This document shows positions 39,259 to 48,312 of a stretch of 64,000 bases of DNA, piece by piece. The DNA lies in the NCBI GenBank assembly GCA_964415885.1, contig CAYQCE010000004.1, positions 35,128 through 99,127 of the forward strand. Direction: 5' to 3'. Position 1 is the first letter of the stretch; each line of letters starts with the position of its first letter. Both the position numbers and the translations under genes were made by a program. The stretch comes from an uncultured Ignavibacteria bacterium. GTDB taxonomy: Bacteria; Zixibacteria; MSB-5A5; JAABVY01; JAHJOQ01. The notes under the pieces were generated by a model that saw nothing but the letters and a program-made list of their open reading frames with translations, did no database searches and was not told where the DNA came from.

Positions 39259-40991
39259 TGAAAAGGCTCATTATGTACGCCGCTGTGATGATGCTGTTGC
39301 TTCCCGTCATTTCCAACGCGGACAAGCTCAAGCTCAGCTTCGATCACTACTATGACCACGACGCGGTGGTGCAAGCTTTGAAGGATATTAACTCCGCCTA
39401 TTCCAATATGACCGAGCTCCGTTCAATCGGTCAGTCGGAGGAGGGACGCGAAATCTGGATGCTGCAGATCAACAACCCGAAAACGGGCCCAGATCTGGAC
39501 AAACCGGCCGTTTATGTCGAGGGCACAATTCATGGAAACGAAATACAGGCTACAGAAGTGTGTCTCTATCTTGCGTGGTACCTTCTCGACAATTACGGCA
39601 GCGTAGAAGATGTCACCGAATTGGTGGACACGCGCGCATTCTATATCGTGCCGATAGTGAATGTTGACAACCGCGCGAGGTTCTTCGAGGACCCGTCGAA
39701 CTACAACATCGGTCGGAGCGCCATCGTCGGCTATGATGACGACCGCGATGGTCTCGTCGATGAGGATGACTACGACGATCTTGATGAGGACGGCGAAATC
39801 GTACAGATGCGGATCAAGGACCCCGGCGGCGAATGGAAGACTCATCCCGACGATCCGCGAGTTATGGTTCGTGTAGAGGACGGGGAGCGCGGAGAATACC
39901 GGCTGCTCGGAATGGAGGGAATAGATAATGACGACGATGGCAACCTGAACGAGGATACGCCAGGCTACCTCGACATGAACCGCAACTACGGTTTCATGTG
40001 GCAGCCGCCCTACGTTCAGTCGGGCGCAGGCGACTTTCCGATGTCCGCGAAGCCTACAAAGGCAGTCGCAGACTTCCTCATCACCAAACCAAACATTGCG
40101 TTCGCATTCTCATACCACAACTCCGGCGGAATGATCCTGCGAGGACCTGCATCGAAACTCATCCCAATGTATATGCCGCAGGATATCTCCGTCTATGACT
40201 ACCTCGGATTCGAGGGTGAGCGGATCATACCGAACTATCGCTATCTTATTACGGTCGACGACCTCTACACCTGCCACGGTGACTTCACCGAGTTTCTATA
40301 TTCGAATCTCGGAATCTTCAGCTTCGTCGGTGAACTCTTCATGAGCATCCAGGAACAGTTCAGGAAGCCGGGCGAGGAAGGGTACTCAGACGAGGAGCGC
40401 TATTCCTACTTCGGCGGAGTACCATCGGAGGAGCGTCAGAAGTTCAACGACCGTCTCGCGCATGGCACGATGTTCAAGGAATGGGAGGAGTTCGACCATC
40501 CGCAGTTCGGTAAGATAGAGCTGGGCGGCTGGAAGGCTTTCACGACTCGCATACCTCAGAAATTCCAACTTCTCGATCTCGTTCACCGCAATGCCTCCCA
40601 TGTCATATTCGTGGCGCAGCACACACCCGAAGTCGAGCTGGAAGTGCTCGAAATCAAAAGCCTGGGTGATGGTCTCAATAGAATTCGCATCCGCGCATGG
40701 AACGATAATGCGATACCGTCGCTCTCGCATGTCGCAATGAACAAGGATATCGTTCGCCCGGATATCTTCAGTATCAAAGGCTCAGGAATCGAGGTCGTGT
40801 CGGGCGGTATCGTGCAGGACATCCACTACGATCGTGTTCGCTTTGTCGAGCACAGACCACACATGGTCTTCACCAGCGTGCCCTCCTTCGGGTACCGTGA
40901 CATACAATGGATCGTGCGGGGAAATGGTAAGGTGACGATTTCATACGATGCCAAAAAGGCAGCAAACCGCGAGTTGTCCGTGAATCTGTAG
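39258..40991 (+). CDS. Secreted M14-family zinc carboxypeptidase (catalytic motifs intact)
   Basis: 577 aa. Signal peptide; TIHGNEIQATE (HxxE, 39531-39542), DMNRNY, SYHNSGG (third His) and FVGELF (catalytic Glu). The start overlaps the upstream stop as TAATG. Confidence 0.85.
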   Translation: MKRLIMYAAVMMLLLPVISNADKLKLSFDHYYDHDAVVQALKDINSAYSNMTELRSIGQSEEGREIWMLQINNPKTGPDLDKPAVYVEGTIHGNEIQATEVCLYLAWYLLDNYGSVEDVTELVDTRAFYIVPIVNVDNRARFFEDPSNYNIGRSAIVGYDDDRDGLVDEDDYDDLDEDGEIVQMRIKDPGGEWKTHPDDPRVMVRVEDGERGEYRLLGMEGIDNDDDGNLNEDTPGYLDMNRNYGFMWQPPYVQSGAGDFPMSAKPTKAVADFLITKPNIAFAFSYHNSGGMILRGPASKLIPMYMPQDISVYDYLGFEGERIIPNYRYLITVDDLYTCHGDFTEFLYSNLGIFSFVGELFMSIQEQFRKPGEEGYSDEERYSYFGGVPSEERQKFNDRLAHGTMFKEWEEFDHPQFGKIELGGWKAFTTRIPQKFQLLDLVHRNASHVIFVAQHTPEVELEVLEIKSLGDGLNRIRIRAWNDNAIPSLSHVAMNKDIVRPDIFSIKGSGIEVVSGGIVQDIHYDRVRFVEHRPHMVFTSVPSFGYRDIQWIVRGNGKVTISYDAKKAANRELSVNL

Positions 40992-41026
40992 GCGCAGAAT
41001 CAGCAGATAGTTGAGAAGAAACGATG

Positions 41027-41050
41027 GAGGGCAACGTAAAAGTTGCCCTC
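41027..41050. terminator. Hairpin between the convergent M14 and SH3b genes
   Basis: GAGGGCAAC / GTTGCCCTC 9-bp stem with a 6-nt loop. The flanking T-runs are weak on both strands. Confidence 0.45.
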
Positions 41051-41103
41051 TTCCCGTGTGCAGCAATTCGTCTGTCTGAGCGTCAAAACAGAACGCATCT
41101 CTA

Positions 41104-41739
41104 TCAGTGACTGATCTGCAGCTGATCCAGGTCGAGAATCAGCCCTTCCTTCGAGAATGCTGTCAGTATGTCGTAGATATCGTCGGTGACCTCCGGGTTG
41201 TCCGTCCAACTAAATGACGCCGCCGCAGTGTCGCCTGCCGCAAGCTGTGTCGACGGATCGGTCAGGCGTGTGTAGAGTAATTCATCACCAAACTTGTTCG
41301 ACACGATCAGCATCCCCCGCCACGCCCGGATGTGTTCGGATGAGTTGTTTGCGAGCATGAGAGTCAGCACAGCCTGTGGCTGAGTCCGGCCGGAACCGGC
41401 GTCCGCAGGCAGCGTGCCTATCTCGAAATCTGTGAGGTCGAGTAGCGCTACACCTTTCTCGACTTCAATCTCCGATGTGCTGATCATATCCGGATTGCCG
41501 GTCGTCGAAGCCTTCCATATCCATCCCTCGACCTGCACTTTCACCCAGTTTCCCTGCCGATCAATTACTTTGAGCGGCACGTTCTTTGAGACTGTGCCCA
41601 GCCCCTGTCCCTCGGGCGAGAGACGAAGATTCGCACTCTTGGCGCGCACAAAAACGGTGTCGACCTGCCCTTGGGCGAACGCCCCAGCGGTCAGCGACAG
41701 GCATATCAGACAAATAATCCCAACAGTTGATTGCCTCAT
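41104..41739 (-). CDS. Secreted protein with a bacterial SH3 domain and an unassigned C-terminal domain
   Basis: Start at ATG 41739 after GGGAGGA. Signal peptide MRQSTVGIICLICLSLTAGAFA. SH3b-like VFVRAKSANLRLSPEG...PLKVIDRQGNWVKVQVEGWIW. Confidence 0.7.
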   Translation of the reverse strand: MRQSTVGIICLICLSLTAGAFAQGQVDTVFVRAKSANLRLSPEGQGLGTVSKNVPLKVIDRQGNWVKVQVEGWIWKASTTGNPDMISTSEIEVEKGVALLDLTDFEIGTLPADAGSGRTQPQAVLTLMLANNSSEHIRAWRGMLIVSNKFGDELLYTRLTDPSTQLAAGDTAAASFSWTDNPEVTDDIYDILTAFSKEGLILDLDQLQISH

Positions 41740-41837
41740 AAGTCCTCCCGTGTATTGTAAAATATGCTGCAATCTGTAGGAGACCTCTTACAAGCAGCAT
41801 TAACTCACTAAACAATCGGAGAAGGAAGCGCAGTTCC

Positions 41838-42407
41838 TCACTTCTTCACAGAAAAGCCACCCACGCCTATTACGTCCGACAGCCCGCCGACATACTGCCT
41901 TCCGGTCGGCACATACGCAAACGGGTTAACCTTCGTTATATCGACATTGCCCTTCTCGTCGAGACAGCTCTCCTCCACCTGTATCGCGACAATCTCGCCC
42001 AGGAACAGATCGTGTGACCCGATATTGATCTGCTTAAGAACCTTGCATTCGATATTAACGGGACACTCGGCAATAATCGGCGCAGAAACAACGAGTCCCT
42101 TCTGAGCCGTGAGTTCCAGCTCAGCAAACTTGTCGTGTTTGCTTCCGCTGACATGACCGCAGAAATCCGTCTCTCTCGCCTGATCGACCGAAGGAACATT
42201 AATAACAAACTCGCCGGATTCCTGAACGATGTGATGCGAATGTCTCTGCGGCGTAATTCCGACTCCAATCTGCGGCGGTTTGCTGGCGAGCACGCCGACC
42301 CATGACATAGTGATAATGTTCGGGTTCTCACCCTCGACCTCGCATGAGAGCATTACCGCCGGGAGCGGCAGCATGAATCCTGCAGGTGTCAGTGCTTTCT
42401 TGGCCAT
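41838..42407 (-). CDS. Flavin reductase-like (FMN-binding split-barrel) protein
   Basis: 189 aa. PLPAVMLSC...NIITMSWVGVL...GEFVINVPS pattern typical of the flavin reductase domain family. Confidence 0.8.
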   Translation of the reverse strand: MAKKALTPAGFMLPLPAVMLSCEVEGENPNIITMSWVGVLASKPPQIGVGITPQRHSHHIVQESGEFVINVPSVDQARETDFCGHVSGSKHDKFAELELTAQKGLVVSAPIIAECPVNIECKVLKQINIGSHDLFLGEIVAIQVEESCLDEKGNVDITKVNPFAYVPTGRQYVGGLSDVIGVGGFSVKK

Positions 42408-42419
42408 GCAGCGACCTTT

Positions 42420-43787
42420 CTATTTGAATGTATAGCCGAATGCCTCCGAAAGTGCGGAGACGCGGAGAATTTCTATCGAGGTATCGCCAGTGATTCGCGA
42501 CGTGCCCCTCTCCGGGACGACGATCCTTTTGAATCCGAGGCTCAACGCCTCATTGATGCGACTCTCCACGCGCGATACGCTCCGTACTTCACCGCCGAGT
42601 CCCACCTCACCGACTACGACCGTGTCATCACGCACCGGCGCTTCCTCCAGGCTCGACACGATAGCACAGACGACGCCGAGGTCGATCGCGGGTTCATCGA
42701 TCCGGAGGCCGCCCGCCAGATTGACGAACACATCCTTGGAAGATATCCTGAACTGTTCTTTCTTCTCAAGTATCGCAAGCAGAAGCGACAACCGCCGCTG
42801 GTCGAATCCGGATGAAACCCGCTGCGGAACGCCGTAGCTGGAGTCCGCGACCAGTGCCTGCAGTTCGAACAATATCGGCCGCGCGCCCTCGACCGAGCAG
42901 ACAATCACCTGTCCTGACACACCGCTCGATCTCTCGGAGAGGAACAACTCGGACGGATTGGAGACAGTCTCCAGACCGTTCGCGCCGATAGTAAATATGC
43001 CGATCTCTGATGTCGAACCGAAACGGTTCTTGTTAGCGCGGAGAATCCTGTACAGATAGTTCTTCTCACCCTCGAAGTACAATACGACATCGACCATATG
43101 CTCGAGGACTTTCGGCCCGGCGATAGAACCTTCCTTCGTGATATGCCCAATCAAAAGCAGCCCCATCGACCGCGCTTCGCAGACATCCTGAAGATACGCG
43201 ACACACTCACGAATTTGCGTGATAGTGCCGGGCGAGGAATCGAACTCCCTCGAACGCAGAGTCTGAATCGAATCGACAATCACGAAAGCATGATATTCGC
43301 TGTTGATGATGGATGTTATCTCATGCAGATCTGTTGTCGTGGCGACATTGATCTTGTCCGACACAATCCCCAGACGATCCGCACGGTTCTTGATCTGTTC
43401 GCTCGACTCCTCACCGGAGACATACAGCACGGCATGCCCAGCGGCTCCGAGTCTACCGGCGGTCTGCAGGAGGAGAGTCGATTTGCCGATACCGGGATCG
43501 CCGCCGAGAAGCACAGTCGATCCGGGCACCACCCCGCCACCAAGCACGCGATCGAACTCATCAAGGCCCGTCGCAACGTGGAACTCCTCGAGAGTGTCGA
43601 TCTGATCGAGACGGGTCACCGTGGCTTCCTTCGCCTTCTCGCGCCTGGTCTCGCTCTTTCGAACCCGCTCCTCGACGAGCGAATTCCATTCGCCGCACTG
43701 CGAGCATCGGCCGGACCACTTGGGATGGGTCGCTCCGCACGACTGGCAAACATAGACCGTCTTCTCTTTTGACGTGGATCGTGCCAT
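42420..43787 (-). CDS. radA: DNA repair protein RadA
   Basis: 455 aa. N-terminal zinc ribbon CQSCG...CSQCGEW, Walker A GGDPGIGKST, KNRFG motif and Lon-like C-domain. Confidence 0.96.
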   Translation of the reverse strand: MARSTSKEKTVYVCQSCGATHPKWSGRCSQCGEWNSLVEERVRKSETRREKAKEATVTRLDQIDTLEEFHVATGLDEFDRVLGGGVVPGSTVLLGGDPGIGKSTLLLQTAGRLGAAGHAVLYVSGEESSEQIKNRADRLGIVSDKINVATTTDLHEITSIINSEYHAFVIVDSIQTLRSREFDSSPGTITQIRECVAYLQDVCEARSMGLLLIGHITKEGSIAGPKVLEHMVDVVLYFEGEKNYLYRILRANKNRFGSTSEIGIFTIGANGLETVSNPSELFLSERSSGVSGQVIVCSVEGARPILFELQALVADSSYGVPQRVSSGFDQRRLSLLLAILEKKEQFRISSKDVFVNLAGGLRIDEPAIDLGVVCAIVSSLEEAPVRDDTVVVGEVGLGGEVRSVSRVESRINEALSLGFKRIVVPERGTSRITGDTSIEILRVSALSEAFGYTFK

Positions 43788-43821
43788 TGGTATCTATCTC
43801 AGCAAACGCATCTGTGTAGAG

Positions 43822-44544
43822 TCATCGGTGGGAAAGAAACTCCCGAACCATATCATCATCCGACCGCTCGATCTCATCCTTGTCTCCGACGAATCGAATT
43901 TCGCCTTCGTGCAGAAGTGACAGCCGGTCGCCAAGCATGAATGCGGAGCGCATGTCGTGAGTTACGATAACGGATGTTATGTTGAGTCTCTCCTGAAGCG
44001 ACATTATCAGCTCATTGATTGTATCCGCAATAACCGGGTCGAGGCCGGTAGTCGGTTCGTCATAAAGAACGATCTCCGGGTCCATACAGATTGCACGTGC
44101 CAGCCCCACCCGCTTTTTCATTCCACCCGAGAGTTCAGCGGGATAGAGATCTTCTTTGAGTGACAAACCTACAAGATCGAGCTTCTCCGCCACAATCTCG
44201 CGCCTCTCCTCTTCCGACATCTTCTTATGCTCGGTGAGTCCCACAGAGACATTCTCATACACGGTCATCGAATCGAATAGCGCCGCAGACTGAAACAGCA
44301 TGCCGAACTTCCGGCGCATCTCGAAGAGCCCGTCCCTGTCAAGCGATGACAAATCGGTGTCGTCAATCAGTATTCGGCCCTCATCCGGAATCATCAGACC
44401 GATTATATGTTTCAGAAGCACGCTCTTGCCGCAACCGGACGGCCCGAGGATTACCATCGCCTCCCCGTCCTTAATCTCGAGATTCACACCGCGTAGAACT
44501 TCGTTGTCCTCAAAACTCTTGTATACGCCTTCAATCTTTATCAT
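43822..44544 (-). CDS. mlaF: ABC transporter ATP-binding protein (MlaF-like)
   Basis: Walker A GPSGCGKS, signature LSGGMKKRV and Walker B VLYDEPT. Start set to ATG 44544, just after the mlaE stop; it could instead be 44556. Confidence 0.88.
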   Translation of the reverse strand: MIKIEGVYKSFEDNEVLRGVNLEIKDGEAMVILGPSGCGKSVLLKHIIGLMIPDEGRILIDDTDLSSLDRDGLFEMRRKFGMLFQSAALFDSMTVYENVSVGLTEHKKMSEEERREIVAEKLDLVGLSLKEDLYPAELSGGMKKRVGLARAICMDPEIVLYDEPTTGLDPVIADTINELIMSLQERLNITSVIVTHDMRSAFMLGDRLSLLHEGEIRFVGDKDEIERSDDDMVREFLSHR

Positions 44545-44545
44545 C

Positions 44546-45316
44546 TTATCCAACATTAAAGAGAATGGTCGCAATTACAAAATCGCTCACCAGGATCATT
44601 ACCGATGATGCCACAACTGCGTGAGTTGTCGCCCGACCGACACCCTGCGCCCCACCAGACGCCTTGAAGCCGTAGTAACACCCGAGAAGCGAGATCAGTA
44701 TTCCGAACACAGCGGCCTTCGTGAGCCCGGAGAGTACGTCCCCTATTGCAAAGAACTGTTTGACGCCACTCCAGAAGGTCTCCGGTTCCATGTCGAGCAT
44801 CAGCAGAGCCACGGTAAGCGCGCCGCCCATTGCCACCGCATTCGCGAATATAACGAGGATCGGCAGCATTATGAGGCCGGATACTATCCTTGGGGTTACA
44901 AGATAGCCTACCGGGTCGATTGCGAGTGATTCGAGAGCGTCAATCTGCTCCGTCACCCGCATGGTCCCCAGCTCGGCCGCAATCGAGGCACCGACTCTGC
45001 CCGCCACCACGAGCGATGTAAGAACCGGGGCGAGCTCGATGAAAATAGCCTTGGAAACCCCTGTCCCCAGATAACGGAGCGGTACATACCCCTCCATCTG
45101 ATATGCGGCCTGCCACGCCGCCACAGCGCCGGTGAATACTGAGGTTAGCGTAATCAGCGGCAGGGAGTTCACACCCATGGCGAGCATCTGCTCGGAGAGC
45201 AGCTTTAGATGCCCGAATAGAGACGGCAGCGAGCGTACTGCCCCCGCAACCATCACTATTATGCCGCCCAATTCGGTAAAAAATGCCAGGACCTTGTCAC
45301 CAATATACCCGAACAT
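44546..45316 (-). CDS. mlaE: ABC transporter permease (MlaE-like)
   Basis: 256 aa polytopic protein. MRVTEQIDALE motif characteristic of MlaE/YrbE permeases. Confidence 0.88.
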   Translation of the reverse strand: MFGYIGDKVLAFFTELGGIIVMVAGAVRSLPSLFGHLKLLSEQMLAMGVNSLPLITLTSVFTGAVAAWQAAYQMEGYVPLRYLGTGVSKAIFIELAPVLTSLVVAGRVGASIAAELGTMRVTEQIDALESLAIDPVGYLVTPRIVSGLIMLPILVIFANAVAMGGALTVALLMLDMEPETFWSGVKQFFAIGDVLSGLTKAAVFGILISLLGCYYGFKASGGAQGVGRATTHAVVASSVMILVSDFVIATILFNVG

Positions 45317-46722
45317 CAGAAGGGCGTATCCTCCACGTCGTCGTCATCGAGACGAACTCCCGCCGGTTCTTCACGGACAAACTCCGGATTGACGAACTGG
45401 ATATAGTCTTTGAGAAATGTCAGCCGCACCGTTCCGGTTGGACCGTTACGCTGTTTCGCGATAATTATCTCCGCCAGTCCCTGCTTATCGGGCGGACAGC
45501 CATCGGGCGTACGCTCAAGGTAATACTCTTCGCGATAGACGAACATCACTATATCGGCGTCCTGCTCAATTGCTCCCGATTCACGTAGGTCGGCGAGCTG
45601 GGGACGGCGGTCCCCGCCGCGCATCTCCGGCGCACGGGATAGCTGTGACACGGCGATCACCGGAATGCCCAGATCCTTTGCGATCCCCTTGAGCGACCTC
45701 GAAATCTGCGATATCTCCTGCTGACGGCTCTCGACGTATTTCCCGGCTTCCATCATCTGGAGATAGTCTACGAAGATGATCCCGATGTCTTCACGCGATT
45801 TGAGTCGTCTCGCTCTCGAACGCAGCTCAACGATGTTAATATTCGGCGAGTCATCAATGAATATCGGTGCCTCGCTCAGATCGCCGACCGCGTGCGACAG
45901 CTTGGAATACTCCGTCGCCGGAAGTTTCCCGGACCTGAGCAAATGCGGGCTGATATGAGCTCGCGCGCAGAGAAGCCTCTGCGCTATCTGATTGGCCGAC
46001 ATTTCGAGTGAGAAAAACCCGATCGGTTTCTTCTCGATCATCCCCATGTGCGTGCAGATATTCAGCGCAAACGCTGTCTTGCCCATCGACGGTCTTCCCG
46101 CCACTACAACGAGATCGCCATCCTGAAAACCGGAGGTCATTTCATCGAGATAGTAGAAACCGGTCGCGGTCCCGATAACCGCACCACGCCGTTTCTTGTA
46201 TGACTCGATTTCGTCGAATGTCCCCGGGAGAATCTTGTCTATTCTGCGCGCGGAATCTCCGAGTCGTCCCTGACTGATCTGGAAAATTTTGTCTTCGGCG
46301 GAATTGATGATATTGACTGCCTTGTCTGTCGCCTGCACTGCTTCGGAAGATATCTCGTCGGCGGCATGTTTTAGGCGCCTTAGCAGATAGCAGTCATAGA
46401 TGATCTGAGCATGATATGTTACATTGGCGGAGGTTGATACGACCGCCATAAGGTCCGACAGGGCTTCGTAGCCGCCGATATTATCCAGATCGCCACTGGT
46501 CTTGAGCTGATCCGAGGTCGTGATATAATCGATTGGAGTCCCGTCGGCATAGAGATCGCGGATTGCATTGAAGATCAGCTTGTGTTTGCCGTCAAAAAAA
46601 TACTCCGGCTGCAGCAGTTCCGCTGCATCATGGATAGCATCTTCGAAATTGAGGATTGCACTCAGCACTGCTCGCTCGGCTTCGATCGAGTGCGGAAGCG
46701 GCTTCTGTTCCCTCTCAGCCAT
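45316..46722 (-). CDS. dnaB: Replicative DNA helicase
   Basis: 468 aa. PHSIEAERAVL start, Walker A AGRPSMGKT and IIAKQRNGPTG. Confidence 0.97.
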   Translation of the reverse strand: MAEREQKPLPHSIEAERAVLSAILNFEDAIHDAAELLQPEYFFDGKHKLIFNAIRDLYADGTPIDYITTSDQLKTSGDLDNIGGYEALSDLMAVVSTSANVTYHAQIIYDCYLLRRLKHAADEISSEAVQATDKAVNIINSAEDKIFQISQGRLGDSARRIDKILPGTFDEIESYKKRRGAVIGTATGFYYLDEMTSGFQDGDLVVVAGRPSMGKTAFALNICTHMGMIEKKPIGFFSLEMSANQIAQRLLCARAHISPHLLRSGKLPATEYSKLSHAVGDLSEAPIFIDDSPNINIVELRSRARRLKSREDIGIIFVDYLQMMEAGKYVESRQQEISQISRSLKGIAKDLGIPVIAVSQLSRAPEMRGGDRRPQLADLRESGAIEQDADIVMFVYREEYYLERTPDGCPPDKQGLAEIIIAKQRNGPTGTVRLTFLKDYIQFVNPEFVREEPAGVRLDDDDVEDTPF

Positions 46723-46982
46723 CGGCGCCCTTCCCTGAGGTGTTAGTTCGAGTGTTTCAACTCTTGGAGATTACAAAATACAAAATGGCGCTGCATGAGG
46801 CAAGGATGTAGGTCGCGGCTGTCAAAAATGTTCAGAGTTGGTTGGTCTCGAAGGTCGACAGCCCACTTCCCGTTCTTGAAGGTCTTGCACGCCGGAGTCG
46901 TGTGTGACCTTCAGACACATAGGCGGTTGACTTAGAGTTGAACCAGAAGCTGTTGCGTATTGGCCCAACTATGAGACGATGC

Positions 46983-47309
46983 TTAGTCCGCCGCCAGCTC
47001 AGGAACGAAAATCTGCGCCATTTCCGCGCGTTCCGGCATCGTCGGGCCATTCAAGATCAGACTTCTGCCGTCTCGCTCGAGCGTTACGTTGGCGTCTTCC
47101 TTGTCCCTCATATAGGCGGTCAGAATACGATACAGGGACACGAAGTTATTTGCGGAATCGAGAGATACGAGGATTTCATAGCTGTCGCCGATAGCCTCTT
47201 TGAACCGTGAATACGAAATGTAGACTGTCCCGTGAGTGTCCAGCTTTGTGGACAGAACATCGGGCAGCATAGTGTCATCGGCCTTGATTCTGATAAATAC
47301 TTTGTTCAT
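46983..47309 (-). CDS. Small hypothetical protein (108 aa)
   Basis: Clean ORF with an ATG preceded by GAGAGGG. Balanced, non-repetitive composition with a predicted alpha/beta pattern. No family confidently recognised. Confidence 0.55.
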   Translation of the reverse strand: MNKVFIRIKADDTMLPDVLSTKLDTHGTVYISYSRFKEAIGDSYEILVSLDSANNFVSLYRILTAYMRDKEDANVTLERDGRSLILNGPTMPERAEMAQIFVPELAAD

Positions 47310-47504
47310 CTTGCCCTCTCATTCTCTGGAAAGAAATGTTGATCGATTGCCGTAGAATCAGCTACGGTAGCTTATTCTCCTCTCCTGACGGGTTCACTCA
47401 GCACTCGAAGGGGGCATCCCGAAATATCGGGTCACCCGATCTCATAAGCATACATCGTGGATTGGTATTTATAATTTACGACCAATCAAGTATTCATCCA
47501 AGCT

Positions 47505-47536
47505 AAAAATCGAGAGTTTGCCTCTCCGGCAAGCAC
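47505..47536 (-). terminator. Possible terminator downstream of udg
   Basis: On the minus strand, GCTTGCC-GGAGA-GGCAAAC (7-bp stem, one mismatch) followed 8 nt later by TTTTT. Confidence 0.35.
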
Positions 47537-47592
47537 TTGTGGGCTTTAATGTGTTGACGTGCAATATCTTGTCGGATGGACCGTGCAGGTGC

Positions 47593-48312
47593 TCAGAACT
47601 CGCTCTCGACACCGCGGAGACGGTCGTATTCGCGACGAAGCATCCTGACATCATCCCACGTCCCCCGCTTGAACTGTGGATTTCGGAGTAGCGCGGCGGG
47701 GTGATAAGTGACGCAGAGTTTCGTTCCACGGAAGTCGTGAAACTCTCCGCGCAGCTTTCCGAGCGGTTTGGTAGTCTGCAGAAGCGCCTGCGCCGAAACT
47801 CTGCCGAGACAGCAGATCAGTTTCGGTCGGATTACCTCGATCTGTTTCAACAGGTACGGCATACAAGTGGCCATCTCATCGGTTTCCGGGTCACGGTTGT
47901 TCGGCGGTCGGCACTTCACGATATTGGCAATGTAGACAGTTTGACGATCCAGCTTTATCGCCTCGAGAATCTTATCCAGAAGCTTCCCGCCTCGACCGAC
48001 GAACGGTTCGCCTTTCAGATCCTCCTCACGGCCGGGCCCCTCACCGACGAACATTATGTCGGCGTTCGGATTACCGACGCCAAACACGAACTTGTTTCTG
48101 CCCTGGTGCAGCTTACACTGGGTGCAATCCTTGATCGAATTTGAGAAACTGTCGAGGACTTCTGCCTTATCCTCAACCGACAGGCCGGACTTGAGGCTAT
48201 CGAGGAGACCGCGATCGACCTCCGGGAGGCCATCGCCTTCTTCCACGGCCTCGGTCAGCGCCCGTTCGGCCAGTTCAACAATCTCCGAGACTTTGGTCTT
48301 ACCGGCCATCAT
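47593..48312 (-). CDS. udg: Uracil-DNA glycosylase, family 4
   Basis: 239 aa. [24 protein letters not shown] motif and HPAALLR near the C-terminus. Confidence 0.9.
   Translation of the reverse strand: MMAGKTKVSEIVELAERALTEAVEEGDGLPEVDRGLLDSLKSGLSVEDKAEVLDSFSNSIKDCTQCKLHQGRNKFVFGVGNPNADIMFVGEGPGREEDLKGEPFVGRGGKLLDKILEAIKLDRQTVYIANIVKCRPPNNRDPETDEMATCMPYLLKQIEVIRPKLICCLGRVSAQALLQTTKPLGKLRGEFHDFRGTKLCVTYHPAALLRNPQFKRGTWDDVRMLRREYDRLRGVESEF

Noticed and set aside
46901-46919. TGTGT-N7-TCACA dyad upstream of dnaB as a third copy of the CRP/FNR-like box
   Set aside because: The spacing is N7 rather than N6, and the half-sites and flank (no TTCACTTAC) differ from the two identical boxes. It is probably a simple small hairpin.
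47404-47416. CUCGAAGGGGGCA resembling the glycine-riboswitch ACCGAAGGGGCAA core
   Set aside because: It is on the plus strand, where no gene lies downstream. The companion GGAGAG and CAGGCAAAAGGAC elements are missing.
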